Positions 31,771 to 43,100 of a stretch of DNA of 64,000 bases are shown here, piece by piece (within the stretch, counting starts at the first letter, position 1; the number at the start of each line of letters is the position of its first letter). The notes under the pieces are model-generated. The model was not told the DNA's origin, did no database searches, and worked only from the letters and a program-made list of their open reading frames with translations. This stretch comes from an uncultured Acidobacteriota bacterium (GTDB taxonomy: Bacteria > Acidobacteriota > JAQAZP01): NCBI GenBank assembly GCA_963836075.1, contig CAWIIB010000009.1, positions 3,136,001 to 3,200,000 on the forward strand, read 5' to 3'. The position numbers were made by a program, and so were the translations under genes.

Positions 31771-33480
31771 TCACTCCCCCTGAAGTTTGCCTGTTTCGGG
31801 CCGGATCTCGAAAAGGTAGCCGTAGCCGTCAACCGACCGGGCGGTGAATTTCAACAGTTCGGGGTGCGTCTGGTCCGGGCGGCCCTGGCGGAACCAGCCG
31901 GCATTGGCGTAGAGCGCGGCCTGCTCCAGCGAAGAGGGATCCCTGGTGACCAGCAGCCACCGGGCCCCGGTCTTTCTGGCGTAGGTCACGGTCTGGGCCA
32001 GCGAATCGTTGGGCAGGTAGCGGAAGGTGCCGCCCAGGTAGCAGGCGAACCGCGGCACCACGCTGATCACCGGGTCGCCCGGCGAAGTGTGGTCGCGGAA
32101 CTCAACCAGCGGCGCCGACGACTGGGAAATCCAGGGATGGGCGGCCGCCTCGTGGTAGAGCTGCGGGGTGGCGAAGAGCCCGCCGATGAGGATGACGGCG
32201 AGGATCCCCTCGCGCAGGCCCTTGATGCCCGGTTTTTCGCCGAGCATGCCGATGAAGGCGTAAAGCTCGGTGAAGATCTGCAGGATCACCAGGGGGAAGA
32301 TCACCAGCAGGTAGCGCTCCACCAGGCCGGTGACCAGGGAGAGCGAGAGGATGTAGAAAAGGATCAGCAGCGGCAGCATGGCCCGGGCGAAGAACGGCTT
32401 GGGGCGGTCGCGCCCCAGCAGGGCCAGCACGGCGGTGACCAGGAAGAGCCCGACCACGAACATGCCGGTGATGTTGCTCAGGAAGCCGAGATTGGCCAGC
32501 AGGCGGATCCCGGTCTGCTGGGGCAGGCGCAGTTCGGGGATGGCCGCTTCGGTGGTGCTGCTGTCCTCGACCAGCAGCACGTAGGAATACATTTCGGAGC
32601 CGTCCGGGATCAGTTTCATCCAGGCCCGCCGCCGGTTGTAGAGCGTGTCGTAGTCCGGCGCCTCGTAAGCCCGGATCTCCCGCACCTCCCGGGCCACCTC
32701 CTCGTCCGGGGCGATGACCGAGTATTGGCCCATGCGGAAGCGCTGCTCGGTGGGCAGGTGGCCGGTCTGGGCTTGTACCACCAGCAGGTAGGGCGCCACC
32801 AGGATGGCGGCCCCGGCCAGGACCAGCATCGCGCGCAGCAGCACCTCTTTCAGCCTGTCCCGCATGGTGGCCAGCCCGTGGGCCAGGGTGAAGAGGACGA
32901 AGAAGACCACCAGCACCAGGCCGATCTGGCGCGAGAGATAGGCCAGACCGGTGGCCAGGCCGAGCAGCAGGCAGGTGAGCCGCCAGCGGTCAGGGCTGTT
33001 CAGCAGCCGCAGCCAGAGCAGCATGGCCGCGAGCGTGGCGGCGATGAACAGCGGCTCGGTGAGCGGGGTCAGGGCCATGGAGAGATAGTGGTAGTTGAGC
33101 TGGATCAGCAGCACGGCGCAGAGGGCCACCGCCCGGTGGCTCATCTTGCGCAGGAAATAGAAACCGAGCACGGAGGACAACATCATGAACAGGGTGCTCA
33201 GCAGCCGCGCCGTCACCAGCGCGTCGCCGGTGAACAGTTTGCCGATGGCGATGAGCAGCGGGAAGAGCGGGGGCAGCACCAGGCCCACGTCCACGTGGCC
33301 CCACGAGGGGAGGTAGGTGAGCCAGTTGGAGAACATGTTTGCGCCCATACTGATGTAGGCCGCCGAGTCGGGCAGGACATTCTCCGGGCCGTTGGTCAGA
33401 TACCAGGTGGCCGGGTTGAGCAGGAGCAGAATGACAATGCAGATCAGATCGGCCTTGGTCTCCTTGGTGAGCTTTGCCAT
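31771..33480 (-). CDS. GT-C fold membrane glycosyltransferase (ArnT/PMT-like)
   Basis: Many TM helices; PDSAAY, PPLFPLLI, LTEPLF, YLSR, ERYLL motifs. Confidence 0.78.
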   Translation of the reverse strand: MAKLTKETKADLICIVILLLLNPATWYLTNGPENVLPDSAAYISMGANMFSNWLTYLPSWGHVDVGLVLPPLFPLLIAIGKLFTGDALVTARLLSTLFMMLSSVLGFYFLRKMSHRAVALCAVLLIQLNYHYLSMALTPLTEPLFIAATLAAMLLWLRLLNSPDRWRLTCLLLGLATGLAYLSRQIGLVLVVFFVLFTLAHGLATMRDRLKEVLLRAMLVLAGAAILVAPYLLVVQAQTGHLPTEQRFRMGQYSVIAPDEEVAREVREIRAYEAPDYDTLYNRRRAWMKLIPDGSEMYSYVLLVEDSSTTEAAIPELRLPQQTGIRLLANLGFLSNITGMFVVGLFLVTAVLALLGRDRPKPFFARAMLPLLILFYILSLSLVTGLVERYLLVIFPLVILQIFTELYAFIGMLGEKPGIKGLREGILAVILIGGLFATPQLYHEAAAHPWISQSSAPLVEFRDHTSPGDPVISVVPRFACYLGGTFRYLPNDSLAQTVTYARKTGARWLLVTRDPSSLEQAALYANAGWFRQGRPDQTHPELLKFTARSVDGYGYLFEIRPETGKLQGE

Positions 33481-35363
33481 TACGGGCTCCTTTCCTCCAG
33501 GGCGGCGAGCCTGGCCCGCGCCTCGATGTGGTTCGGGTCGGTTTCAAGGATCATCCGGTATTCCATGGCCGCCTCCGCAGGCCAGCCCTGACGCTCCAGC
33601 AGGGCGGCCACCCGCATCCTGATCTCCACCGCCCCGGTCTCTGTTTTCAGGTAGCGGCGGAAATGGATGATCGCCCGGTCGCAGGCCCCCCGTTTTTGGT
33701 ACTGCACCGCGCAGTTGTGGTTGGCCCAGGGGTCATCGGGGTCGATGGACAGCGCTTTCTCCCAGTGGGCCACGGCCGATTCCAGATCCCCCTGGTGGAA
33801 GCGGATTCCTCCGAGATTGGTGTGGGCCCTGGAATAGTCGGGGTCGATGCGCAGCACTTCCTCCAGGCTGCGTGCCGCCTCATCCATCCGGCCGCCGCGG
33901 AGCAGGGCGGTGCCGAGGTTGTAGAGGCCGTCGGCGTTCTGTGGATCGAGGCGCAGCGCCTCGCCGGCGTGGTGCAGCGCCAGGCCCACCTGGTTGCGGT
34001 CGATGTGGAGCGCGCTGAGATTGTTGTGCGGCCGCACCTTCCGGGGAGATTTCTTCACCACGTCGGTCCAGAGTGACAGCGGGTCGGCCCAGACGCTGTT
34101 GCGCTGCCAGGTCCAGGCCGAGAGGAGCAGGGTGAGCAGTGCGAGCAGTACCAGAGCGATCTTCGGCTGCCGGACCAGCGGCCAGGCCAGGGCCAGCAGG
34201 GCCAGGGGGATGAACATGGTGGGCAGGTAGGCCCGGTGCTCGAACATCAGCTCCAGGGCGATCACCGACGACTCGATGGCCAGGTTGCCCAGGAACCAGA
34301 GGATGGCGAAGGAGAGCAGCCGGCGGCGGCGGGCGAGGGCCAGGCCCGCGGCCAGCAGGCCGGCCAGCGCCAGCAGCGCGGGCAGGGTGGATGCCGGGTC
34401 GACCAGCGAGCGGGAGACCTGCACCTGGTGGTCCAGGTTCAGCCGGCCGGGAAGGGGCAGGGCGAAGAGCCCGAGATAGTCCAGCACCACCCGGGGCTGG
34501 GTCAGCAGCCGCTGGGTCATGGTGTAGTCACGGAACTCGTAGCTGTCCAGCACCCGCTGCACCGGGCTGGCGCCGAGGTAGATGAAGCCGAGAAGCAGCG
34601 CCACGGCCAGCAGGCCGGCGATCCAGGGCAGGGCCCGCTTCAGCCAGCCGCGGTCCAAGTCCTGGATGAAGAAATACTCGTAGAGCAGGATCATCAGCGG
34701 CAGGGTGGCGGCGATCTCCTTGGTGCCGCAGGCCAGCAGGCCGGCAGCGAGGGAGCCAACGAAACAGGGCCAGCCGGGCAGGCCCTCCTCGGTGCGGCGC
34801 CGGCCGTGGAGGTAGAGCAGCATGGCCAGCAGGTAGAACATGGAGGCCATGCTGTTCATCCGCTGGACGGTGTAGGTCACCGACTGGGTCTGCAGCGGGT
34901 TGACGAACCAGAGCAGGGCGGCAAAGAGGGCCAGCAGGTCGGGGCGGCGGAAGCGGCCCAGGAACAGCGGCAGGGCCAGGGTCCCGCGGATCAGCAGGAA
35001 GAGCAGGAAGCCGGCGAGGATGTGCACCGCAATGTTCACCAGGTGGTAGCCGGGCAGCCGGTAGCCGTGGGCCATGTAGTTGAGGGCGAAGCTGGCGTAG
35101 GCCAGCGGCCGGTGGGGGGCCGGGCTCTCCCGGGTGGCGGCGGCCAGGGTGGCCGGGGAGATCGAGGTCCAGCGGATGCCGGTGTTGTCCCGGATGCTCG
35201 CCTCGTCGTCGAAAACGAAAGGCACCTGCAGCGTGTTGGAGTAGAGCAGGGCGCCCAGGACGGCGAAGAGCAGCAATACCGCCCAGGCCGGCAGGATCAG
35301 CTGTCTGGCTGGGTCTGCCGGCGCGGGTTTCCTCCCGGCTCCCTTCTTCTTTTTTTTCTTCAC
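33480..35363 (-). CDS. TMTC-like polytopic membrane glycosyltransferase with C-terminal TPRs
   Basis: PFVFDD, RPL, YHLVNIAVH, PLQTQSVTY, KE, EHRAYLP, RNSVW then TPR repeats; GTG start 35363. Confidence 0.85.
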   Translation of the reverse strand: MKKKKKKGAGRKPAPADPARQLILPAWAVLLLFAVLGALLYSNTLQVPFVFDDEASIRDNTGIRWTSISPATLAAATRESPAPHRPLAYASFALNYMAHGYRLPGYHLVNIAVHILAGFLLFLLIRGTLALPLFLGRFRRPDLLALFAALLWFVNPLQTQSVTYTVQRMNSMASMFYLLAMLLYLHGRRRTEEGLPGWPCFVGSLAAGLLACGTKEIAATLPLMILLYEYFFIQDLDRGWLKRALPWIAGLLAVALLLGFIYLGASPVQRVLDSYEFRDYTMTQRLLTQPRVVLDYLGLFALPLPGRLNLDHQVQVSRSLVDPASTLPALLALAGLLAAGLALARRRRLLSFAILWFLGNLAIESSVIALELMFEHRAYLPTMFIPLALLALAWPLVRQPKIALVLLALLTLLLSAWTWQRNSVWADPLSLWTDVVKKSPRKVRPHNNLSALHIDRNQVGLALHHAGEALRLDPQNADGLYNLGTALLRGGRMDEAARSLEEVLRIDPDYSRAHTNLGGIRFHQGDLESAVAHWEKALSIDPDDPWANHNCAVQYQKRGACDRAIIHFRRYLKTETGAVEIRMRVAALLERQGWPAEAAMEYRMILETDPNHIEARARLAALEERSP

Positions 35364-35418
35364 CTTGTCAGCACCGGTCCGTGCAGGGTTTTGTCCGCCT
35401 GATTCCGGCGGCACGGAT

Positions 35419-35447
35419 AGCGTAGCGATACGTACAATACCTGTCAA
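35419..35447 (-). promoter_or_regulatory. Sigma70 promoter for glycosyltransferase operon
   Basis: Minus strand TTGACA-17 nt-TACGCT; a divergent TTGACA at 35479-35484 faces chrA. Confidence 0.55.
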
Positions 35448-35575
35448 ACCTTCGCAAAGGGTATCCGGATCCCATCCCTTGACAGACCGCTTCCTGCCGG
35501 ACAGAGTATCAGGCATCAACAGTGCCGCCGGATTGAGCGGCGGAGTCACCAGGACCAGACATATCGGGCAAGGGA

Positions 35576-36784
35576 TTGATCGAATCACAGCCAGCACGGC
35601 GTCTGTCAACCGGTAGGATTTTCCTCGTTTTTCTGCGCCTGGGCCTCACCTCCTTCGGCGGCCCGGTGGCCCACCTGGGGTATTTCCGCGAGGAGTTCGT
35701 GGTGCGCCGCAAACTGCTGGAGGAGGACACCTACGCCGACCTGGTGGCCCTGTGCCAGTTTCTTCCCGGCCCGGCCAGCAGCCAGGTGGGGATGGGGATC
35801 GGCCTTTCCCAGGCGGGGATCCGCGGGGCGCTGGCCGCCTGGACCGGGTTCACCCTGCCCTCGGCCCTGGCCCTGGTGCTGTTTGCGCTGGGCCTCGGGG
35901 TCCTGGACGAGTCCGTTGTCCACTCGGGTTGGCTGCACGGGCTCAAGGTGGCAGCGGTGGCCGTGGTGGCCCTTGCCGTCTGGGGCATGGCGCGGTCTCT
36001 CTGCCCCGACCGGATGCGCGGCAGCCTGGCCGTGGTTGCCGCCGGAATCGTTCTCTTCTTCCCGGGGGTCTGGGGCCAGGTGGCGGCCATCCTCTTCGGC
36101 GGTCTGTGCGGCCGGCTGCTGCTACAAGTCGACTCACCGGGGTCCCGCTCATCCCTCTCCTCCTCGGTGGGCAGAGGGACGGCGCTGGTCAGTCTCACGC
36201 TGTTTTCGGCGCTTCTCTTCGGTCTGCCCGTTGCCGCCCGGTTGGTCCCGCACCACGCCCTGGCCCTGGTGGACAGCTTCTACCGCTCCGGCGCACTGGT
36301 CTTCGGCGGAGGCCACGTGGTGTTGCCCCTGCTCCAGGCGGAGGTGGTCACACCCGGTTGGGTCAGTGCTGACCTTTTTCTCGCCGGTTACGGCGCGGCC
36401 CAGGCTGTCCCGGGGCCCCTGTTCACCTTTTCCGCCTACCTCGGCGCGGTTATGTCACCGGCGCCGGGGGGGTGGTCCGGTGCGGCCATCTGCCTGGTGG
36501 CGGTCTTCCTCCCCTCGTTCCTGCTGGTGGTGGGTGTGCTGCCCTTCTGGGACGTGCTGCGGAGCAAAACCTGGGTCCGTTCGGCCCTTGGCGGCGTGAA
36601 TGCCGCTGTGGTGGGGCTGCTGCTGGCGGCGTTCTACCACCCGGTCTGGACCAGCGGGATCCTCTCCGCCGCGGATTTCGTGCTCGCCCTGTTCGCCCTG
36701 GGTCTGCTCACCCTCTGGAAAGCGCCCCCCTGGCTGGTGGTGCTGCTCAGCGGCGTGGGCGGATGGCTCGTCTCGCTGATCTGA
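35576..36784 (+). CDS. chrA: Chromate efflux transporter (long-chain CHR)
   Basis: LGLTSFGGPVAH, CQFLPGPASSQ, GALVFGGGHVVLPLL, AQAVPGPLFTF. Confidence 0.93.
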   Translation: MIESQPARRLSTGRIFLVFLRLGLTSFGGPVAHLGYFREEFVVRRKLLEEDTYADLVALCQFLPGPASSQVGMGIGLSQAGIRGALAAWTGFTLPSALALVLFALGLGVLDESVVHSGWLHGLKVAAVAVVALAVWGMARSLCPDRMRGSLAVVAAGIVLFFPGVWGQVAAILFGGLCGRLLLQVDSPGSRSSLSSSVGRGTALVSLTLFSALLFGLPVAARLVPHHALALVDSFYRSGALVFGGGHVVLPLLQAEVVTPGWVSADLFLAGYGAAQAVPGPLFTFSAYLGAVMSPAPGGWSGAAICLVAVFLPSFLLVVGVLPFWDVLRSKTWVRSALGGVNAAVVGLLLAAFYHPVWTSGILSAADFVLALFALGLLTLWKAPPWLVVLLSGVGGWLVSLI

Positions 36785-36902
36785 CCCGAAACAATTTGCT
36801 CCGGTTGACCACAAATGGAGTGGAGTGGGATGGCATCTCACACGCGCCCGGCCGCTGACCAGAAGTGGTCTCACAACCTCATCCGAGGTTCTGAAACCAC
36901 TT

Positions 36903-38285
36903 TTACTGGACGTAGCCCAGGGCTTCGAGACGTTTGAGGTTGTCCTGGTCCGGGGGGTCGGCCCGGGGGCCGGCCCCCTCCCGCCAGCTGGTCAGCAGGC
37001 CGAGCAGTTTCCGGGCCCGTTCAGTCTCCTGAGCGGCCAGGTTGTTTCGCTCCATGGGGTCCTGCTCCAGGTTGTAGAGCTCCACCTGCCGCCGCCAGTG
37101 GGTGACCACCAGTTTCCAGGGATACTCCACAACCATGGTGGCCTTGGGGATGTTCTGATACCCGTCCGGGAACTGTTCTTCCACGGTCCACGGGCGGCTG
37201 GCCTCGGCAAAGGCCGCCCGCCCCGCGCTGCCGGTCTGCGGTGACAGGTCCCCCCCCGCGGTTCCCTCCGCCGGCGGGATACCGGCCGCCGCCAGCAGCG
37301 TGGGGAAGAGATCGAGGGTCTGCACGGTTTCCCGGACCGTCCCCTTCTCCCTCCTGTCCCCCGGGAAACGGATGAGCAGCGGCACCCTGATGCTCGGCTG
37401 GTAGACGTAGTTCCCGTGGTAGAACTTCAGCCGGCGCTCGGTGAGATGCTCGCCGTGGTCGGCGGTGATGGCCACCAGCGTGGTCTCCTTAAACTCCGGC
37501 CTGTCCAGTCGATCCAGCAGCGGGCCCAGACCGTGGTCGAGGTAGGCGATCTCGCCGTCGTAGAGGTCCACCAGGCGCCGCAGGTCGGCCCGGGTGGGGG
37601 AGACCCTGTTCTGCCACAGCTGTTCCAGGTAGGCCATGCTGCCGTCGGCCGGTCCCTGGTACCCCTCGCCGTAGATGGTGTCGAACGGCGCCGGCGGGTC
37701 ATAGGGGAAGTGGGGGTCGAAGTAGTGGACCCAGAGGAAGTAGGGGCCCTCGCTGTTCCGGTCCAGCCACTGCAGGGCGGCGGCGGTGGTGGCCTCGGCC
37801 CGGCGCTGGTCCTGGTCTGCCGCCGCGAGGCCGAACTCCTCGTCGTAGATCTCGAAACCCCGGGCCAGACCCATCCCGGAGGCCAGTGCCGAGCAGCTGA
37901 CAAAGGCAGCCGTGCGGTAGCCGTTTCTGGAGAGCAGTTCGGCGAGGGTGGGGATGTGGGGAGCCAGGGGGAAGCTGTTGCGGGGCAGGCCCAGGTTCTG
38001 GGGGTGCCGGCCGGTCATCATCGACGCGTGGGAGGCCAGGGTGGTGTTGATGGTGGAATAGGCGTTGTCGAAGCGCAGTGCGCTTCCGGCAAATGTGTCG
38101 ATGTTCGGCGTGCGTGCCCGTGCATAGCCGTAGCACCCCAGGTGATCCGCACGCAGCGTGTCGAGGGTGATCAGGACGATACTGGTCTGCCGGCCCTCCG
38201 GGGTGGAGCAGCCCGCGGTCGCCAGCAGGGCGAGGGCGACCAGCAGGATGGCCGGGTGCCTGAAACTCCAGCGGCCGGGCTTCAT
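36903..38285 (-). CDS. Sulfatase-like (alkaline phosphatase superfamily) lipoprotein
   Basis: Lipobox TAGC; ITLDTLRADHLGCYG, TLASHASMMTG, HYFDPHFPY, ADHGE, ends LEALGYVQ. Confidence 0.87.
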   Translation of the reverse strand: MKPGRWSFRHPAILLVALALLATAGCSTPEGRQTSIVLITLDTLRADHLGCYGYARARTPNIDTFAGSALRFDNAYSTINTTLASHASMMTGRHPQNLGLPRNSFPLAPHIPTLAELLSRNGYRTAAFVSCSALASGMGLARGFEIYDEEFGLAAADQDQRRAEATTAAALQWLDRNSEGPYFLWVHYFDPHFPYDPPAPFDTIYGEGYQGPADGSMAYLEQLWQNRVSPTRADLRRLVDLYDGEIAYLDHGLGPLLDRLDRPEFKETTLVAITADHGEHLTERRLKFYHGNYVYQPSIRVPLLIRFPGDRREKGTVRETVQTLDLFPTLLAAAGIPPAEGTAGGDLSPQTGSAGRAAFAEASRPWTVEEQFPDGYQNIPKATMVVEYPWKLVVTHWRRQVELYNLEQDPMERNNLAAQETERARKLLGLLTSWREGAGPRADPPDQDNLKRLEALGYVQ

Positions 38286-40003
38286 GGCCTTCCACTCTCC
38301 ACGGCGGCCGGTTCCGCCGCGGCCGGCGGTCCCGCCGCCGCCAGATCCTCCTCGTCAAGCACCACCCGCACATTTTCGAGATAAGGGACCAGGGAGCGGC
38401 CGTCGATCTCCGCCGGGGCCGGAATGCCGGCCAGCTCAGCCAGCGTGGGCGCCAGATCCACGGTGTTCACCCGATCGTGCACCCGGCCCGCCGGCACGCC
38501 GGGGCCGAAAACGATGAGCGGTACGTGGGTATCGTAGCGATACGGGGTGCCGTGGGTGGTGGCCGAGGAGCGGGTGGTGTTGTGAAATGGCTCGTACTGG
38601 ACCATCAGGTCAGGGCTGCGGTCCTCGTGGTAGTTGTTGCGGAAATAGGTGAAATACGGGTCATCGGGAAACGACCCGCCGAGCAGGTCGCTGCGGGTCC
38701 AGACCTTTTCCACGGCGGGGCAGTCGGTGAGCAGCGTCGCCAGTGTCAGCTCCAGTTCCTCACGTGCCACACCCGATCCCTCCACCGCTGCCGGGTTGAA
38801 GCGGGGCCCGGGAAGGAACCAGTCCTGGTCACCATACTGCTGGTCCAGTAGCCGGTCCGCCTGCTGGAAGCAGAGCACGCTCTCGGCGGTGAGCCGGGAG
38901 CCCGGTTCGCCCTGTTCCGCGAGCAGTTCGGGCACCGGCGCCACACCGTGGTCCGAGGACATACCGATGACCGTGTGTTCCAGACCCACCTTCTGGTCGA
39001 TGAACTCCAGCAGGCCTCCCAGATACCCGTCGAGGCGCATCATGGTGTCCAGCGCCTCCCGGCTGTTCGGCCCGTAGTCATGACCCACCCAGTCCAGAAC
39101 GGAAAAGGAGAGGATCAGCAGATCCGGGTGCCTGTCAGCCCCCAGTTCTTCTGCTTCGATGATCCGGCGGCCAAAAAGGGCCAGCAGCTCATCCCCCCAG
39201 GGGGAGTAGCTGGCGCCCCGGAAGAAATAGCGGTCGGGCACCGGTGAGGCCACTCCGAACACATGGGGGAAAACCGGGTGGAGCGGCCCGAAATCGATAT
39301 TGGCGATGCCGGCAGCCTCCAGCGCTTCCGGGTCCACCGTCAGCGGTTCCCACGCTTCCCCGAAGTGCTGTTCGAGATGGCCCTGGTCATTGAAGTCATC
39401 CACCCAGGCCGGTTCCCCCTCCGGATAGTAGTAGTCGCTGCTGGTGAAGCTGCCGTCCTCCTTGTCGCACCAGAAAACGCCGTCCGCCTCCCGTCCGCCC
39501 ATCAGCACGGCTGCCCGGTCCTTGCCGCTGGCTGCGAAAACCCTGGATTTTGCGTCGGCCGCCTTGAGCCAGTCACCCAGAGACGGGGAGAGCATGTGCA
39601 GGGGAGAGGTGTCAAGTTCCGGGTCGTCCACAGCGTAGATCCGCTCACCGGTCTCGTGGTCATACCAGTAGTTGTCCACGATGCCGTGGCGGCCGGGAAA
39701 GCAACCGGTGGAAAGGGTGGCGTGGCCCACGGCGGTGGTGGTTCTGGCGTGAAAGTGGTGTGCTTCGGTGAAATTCGCGCCCCGGTCGATGATCGTGCGG
39801 AAGCCCTTGTCTAGCAGGGGCGAGAACCGTTGAAGCAGGTCGGTAGTGCACTGGTCCACCACCAGGAAGAGAACCAGTTGCACAGCTCCCGGTTCCAGTT
39901 CGACCACGGCCTCGGTTTCGGCCGGTGGCGGTTCGGGGGCACCACAGGATACCAGAATCAGCAGGACGGTCATGATCAGTGCGGCCAGTGCTCTCTTCGG
40001 CAT
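38282..40003 (-). CDS. PafA-type alkaline phosphatase / type I phosphodiesterase lipoprotein
   Basis: Lipobox LVSC; VVDQ, TTAVGHATLSTG, KDRAA, DWVGHDYGP, SDHG, HGTPYRYDTHVP. Confidence 0.87.
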   Translation of the reverse strand: MPKRALAALIMTVLLILVSCGAPEPPPAETEAVVELEPGAVQLVLFLVVDQCTTDLLQRFSPLLDKGFRTIIDRGANFTEAHHFHARTTTAVGHATLSTGCFPGRHGIVDNYWYDHETGERIYAVDDPELDTSPLHMLSPSLGDWLKAADAKSRVFAASGKDRAAVLMGGREADGVFWCDKEDGSFTSSDYYYPEGEPAWVDDFNDQGHLEQHFGEAWEPLTVDPEALEAAGIANIDFGPLHPVFPHVFGVASPVPDRYFFRGASYSPWGDELLALFGRRIIEAEELGADRHPDLLILSFSVLDWVGHDYGPNSREALDTMMRLDGYLGGLLEFIDQKVGLEHTVIGMSSDHGVAPVPELLAEQGEPGSRLTAESVLCFQQADRLLDQQYGDQDWFLPGPRFNPAAVEGSGVAREELELTLATLLTDCPAVEKVWTRSDLLGGSFPDDPYFTYFRNNYHEDRSPDLMVQYEPFHNTTRSSATTHGTPYRYDTHVPLIVFGPGVPAGRVHDRVNTVDLAPTLAELAGIPAPAEIDGRSLVPYLENVRVVLDEEDLAAAGPPAAAEPAAVESGRP

Positions 40004-40136
40004 GCGTGGTTCCTCCTGCTGAACAGCGTAGCCCAGGGGCCGGGTGTTGGCAAGGGAATGAATATGCAAGAGGTGGCTGTCACTGGTTTATTGCGGCCGT
40101 TCTGCCAAATCTGAGCTGATGGAAAATAGGTGGCTG

Positions 40137-43100
40137 TCACCTCTTTCCGAAATACTCGGCGAGCTCGCGGCAGGTGTGGGAGCGGTCCGGGGTGCAGGCC
40201 AGGTCCCGGGGGGGGCCCTGGGCCACCAGGCGTCCGCCGGCGTCACCGCCCTCGGGGCCGAGGTCGATGACGTGGTCGGCCCGGGCGATGAGGTCGAGGT
40301 TGTGCTCGATCACCACCACCGTGTTGCCGGCGTCGGCCAGCCGTTCCAGCACCGTGGCCAGCCGGGCCACGTCACCGGCGTGGAGGCCGGTGGTGGGTTC
40401 CTCGAGGAGGTAGAGGGTGTCGCCGCCATCGGTCCCGGCGGCGGCCAGTTCGGCGGCCAGCTTGATCCGCTGGGCTTCGCCGCCGGAGAGGGTGGGGCTG
40501 GGCTGGCCCAGGGGCAGGTAGCCGAGGCCGATCTCCTCCAGCAGGGTCAGCGGCCGGTGGATGGCCGAAACCTCGGAGAAGAGTTCACGGGCCTCGGCAA
40601 CGGTCATCTCCAGCACCCCGGCGATGCTCCGCCCCCGGAAGCGGACCTCCAGCGTCTCGGGCTCGAAGCGGCGGCCGGCGCAGACGGTGCAGGGGACAAA
40701 GACGTCGGGCAGGAAGCTCATCGCCGCCCGGAGGCGGCCCTGGCCTTCGCAGTTGGGGCAGCGGCCCTGTTTGACGTTGAAGGAGAACCGCCCGGGGCCG
40801 TATCCACGCAGGCGGGATTCGGGCAGGCCGGCAAAGAGCCGGCGGATGCGGTCGTAGAAACCGACGTAGGTGGCGGGCACCGAACGGGGGGTGCGGCCGA
40901 TGGGCGACTGGTCCACCTCCACCGCCCGGGAGACCAGTTGCGCCCCCTCCACGGAGCGGCAGCGGCCCACCGGCGTCGCGGATGTGCGGCGGCGGCTGCG
41001 GGACAGGAGCTGGCGCACATTGCGGTGCAGCACGTCACGAACCAGGGTGCTCTTGCCCGAGCCGGAGACACCGGTGACGCAGCTGAAGATCCCGGTGGGG
41101 ATGACCACGTCGATGTCCTTGAGGTTGTGTTCGGACGCGCCGGTGATCCGGATCCCGCCGGAAGGTGTCCTCACGGTTCTGGCGGCGGCGGCGCGGCGGG
41201 CGCGTTTCCCCTGGCGCAGCCAGCGGCCGGTGACCGAGCGCCTGTCCCGGGCGATCTCCGCCGGACGGCCCACGGCCACCAGTTCGCCGCCCCCGGATCC
41301 GGCGCCGGGGCCGAGGTCGATCACGTGGTCGGCGCTGCGGATGGTCATCTCGTCGTGCTCCACCACCACCACCGTGTTGCCCTTGCGCCGCAGTTTTTTC
41401 AACGTGGCCACCAGCCGCCGGTTGTCCCGGGGGTGCAGGCCGATGGTCGGTTCGTCAAGCACGTAGAGCACGCCGCGGAGGTTGGAGCCCAGCTGGGCGG
41501 CCAGGCGGATCCGCTGGGCCTCGCCGGTGGAGAGGGTGTCCGCCGCGCGGTCCAGTCCGAGGTAGTCGAGGCCCACCTCGCGGAGGAAGGCCAGGCGGGA
41601 CGCGGTTTCGGCGATGATCACCCGGGCCACCCGCAGCTGTCGTTGATCCAGCCCCAGTCCGCCGGCCAGTGCCTCTCCGGCCCGCACCACGTTGAGGGCG
41701 GTGAGGTCGGCGATGGAGAGATCGCCCACCTTGACCGCCAGGGCGGCCGGGTTGAGCCGTTTGCCGTTGCAGACCGGACATGGTTCAGCCGTGACCGGTC
41801 TCTTCGGCCGTCCATTCTCCTCCTCGTCCGGAGCGCCCGCTATCCCGCTGCCCCTGCACTGCGGGCAGTGCCCCAGCGGGCTGTGGAAGGAGAACATCCG
41901 CGGGTCGGGTTCGGGAAACCCGCTGCCGCAGCCCGGACAGCTGCGCCGGGTGCTGAACAGTTCGCCGGGCCCCGGCCGGCCGGCCGCGCTGACCAGCAGC
42001 AGGCCGTCGCCAACCTGCAGGGCCAGGTCCACCGCCTCGCGCAGCCCGGAGCTCACCCGCCGGCCCGAGGCGGGGAGACTGAACCGGCCCACCAGCGTTT
42101 CGATGTCATGTTCTTTGAAACGCGCCAGGTCGGGGAACTTCCGCGAGGCGACCGTCTCGCCATCCACCCGCAGGGTCTCGAACCCTTTGCGCGCGGCCCA
42201 GCGGGCCAACTCCCGGTGAAAGCCCTTGCGCGAGCGGACCAGCGGCGCGTGGATCAATATGGCCTGACCGCGGTATTCCCGGGCCACGGCGGCCGCCACC
42301 GACGTGCGCTGGCGGGCGCCGATGGCAATGCCGCAGTCGGGGCAGTGCTGGAGACCCACCCGGGTGAAGAGCAGCCGCAGGTAGGGATAGATCTCGGTCA
42401 GGGTGGCCACGGTGGAGCGGCGGCTGCCGCGGCTGGTGCGCTGTTCGATGGCCACGGTGGGCGGGATGCCGCTGATGCGGTCCACGTCGGGCCGGGTGAG
42501 CGGGCGGACGTATTGCCGGACATAGGTGGAGAGCGAATCGAGGTAGCGGCGCTGGCCTTCGGCAAAAAGCACGTCAAAGGCGAGGCTCGACTTGCCCGAA
42601 CCGGAGACGCCGGTCACCGCCACCAGGCGGTTCAGCGGCACCTCCACCCGGATGTTGCGGAGGTTGTGCTGGCGGGCGCCCTGGATCACCACCGCCCTGC
42701 CGTTGTCCGGGGCGGTGCGCAGTGCGCGTTTTTTTGTCCTGGCCGGGGAAACGGGCGCGGGATATGCCGGGGCCGGAGGTTCGGCAACTGAAAACAGCTC
42801 CAGGTGGCGGGCCAGGTAGCGTCCGGTGTGCGAACCGGGGTCGGCGGCCACTTCCTCCGGCGTCCCCTGGGCCACCACCCGGCCGCCCAGTTCGCCCCCC
42901 TCCGGGCCGAGGTCGATCACCCGGTCGGCGGCGGCGATCACGTCGAGGTGGTGCTCGATCACCACCAGGCCGTGGCCGGCGTCCAGCAACGGCTCCCAGG
43001 CCCGCAGCAGCTGGGCCACGTCGGCAGGGTGCAGGCCGGTGGTGGGCTCGTCAAAGAGGAACAGCGCCGGCTTGTCGGCGGGCCGGACCCCCGGGCCCAT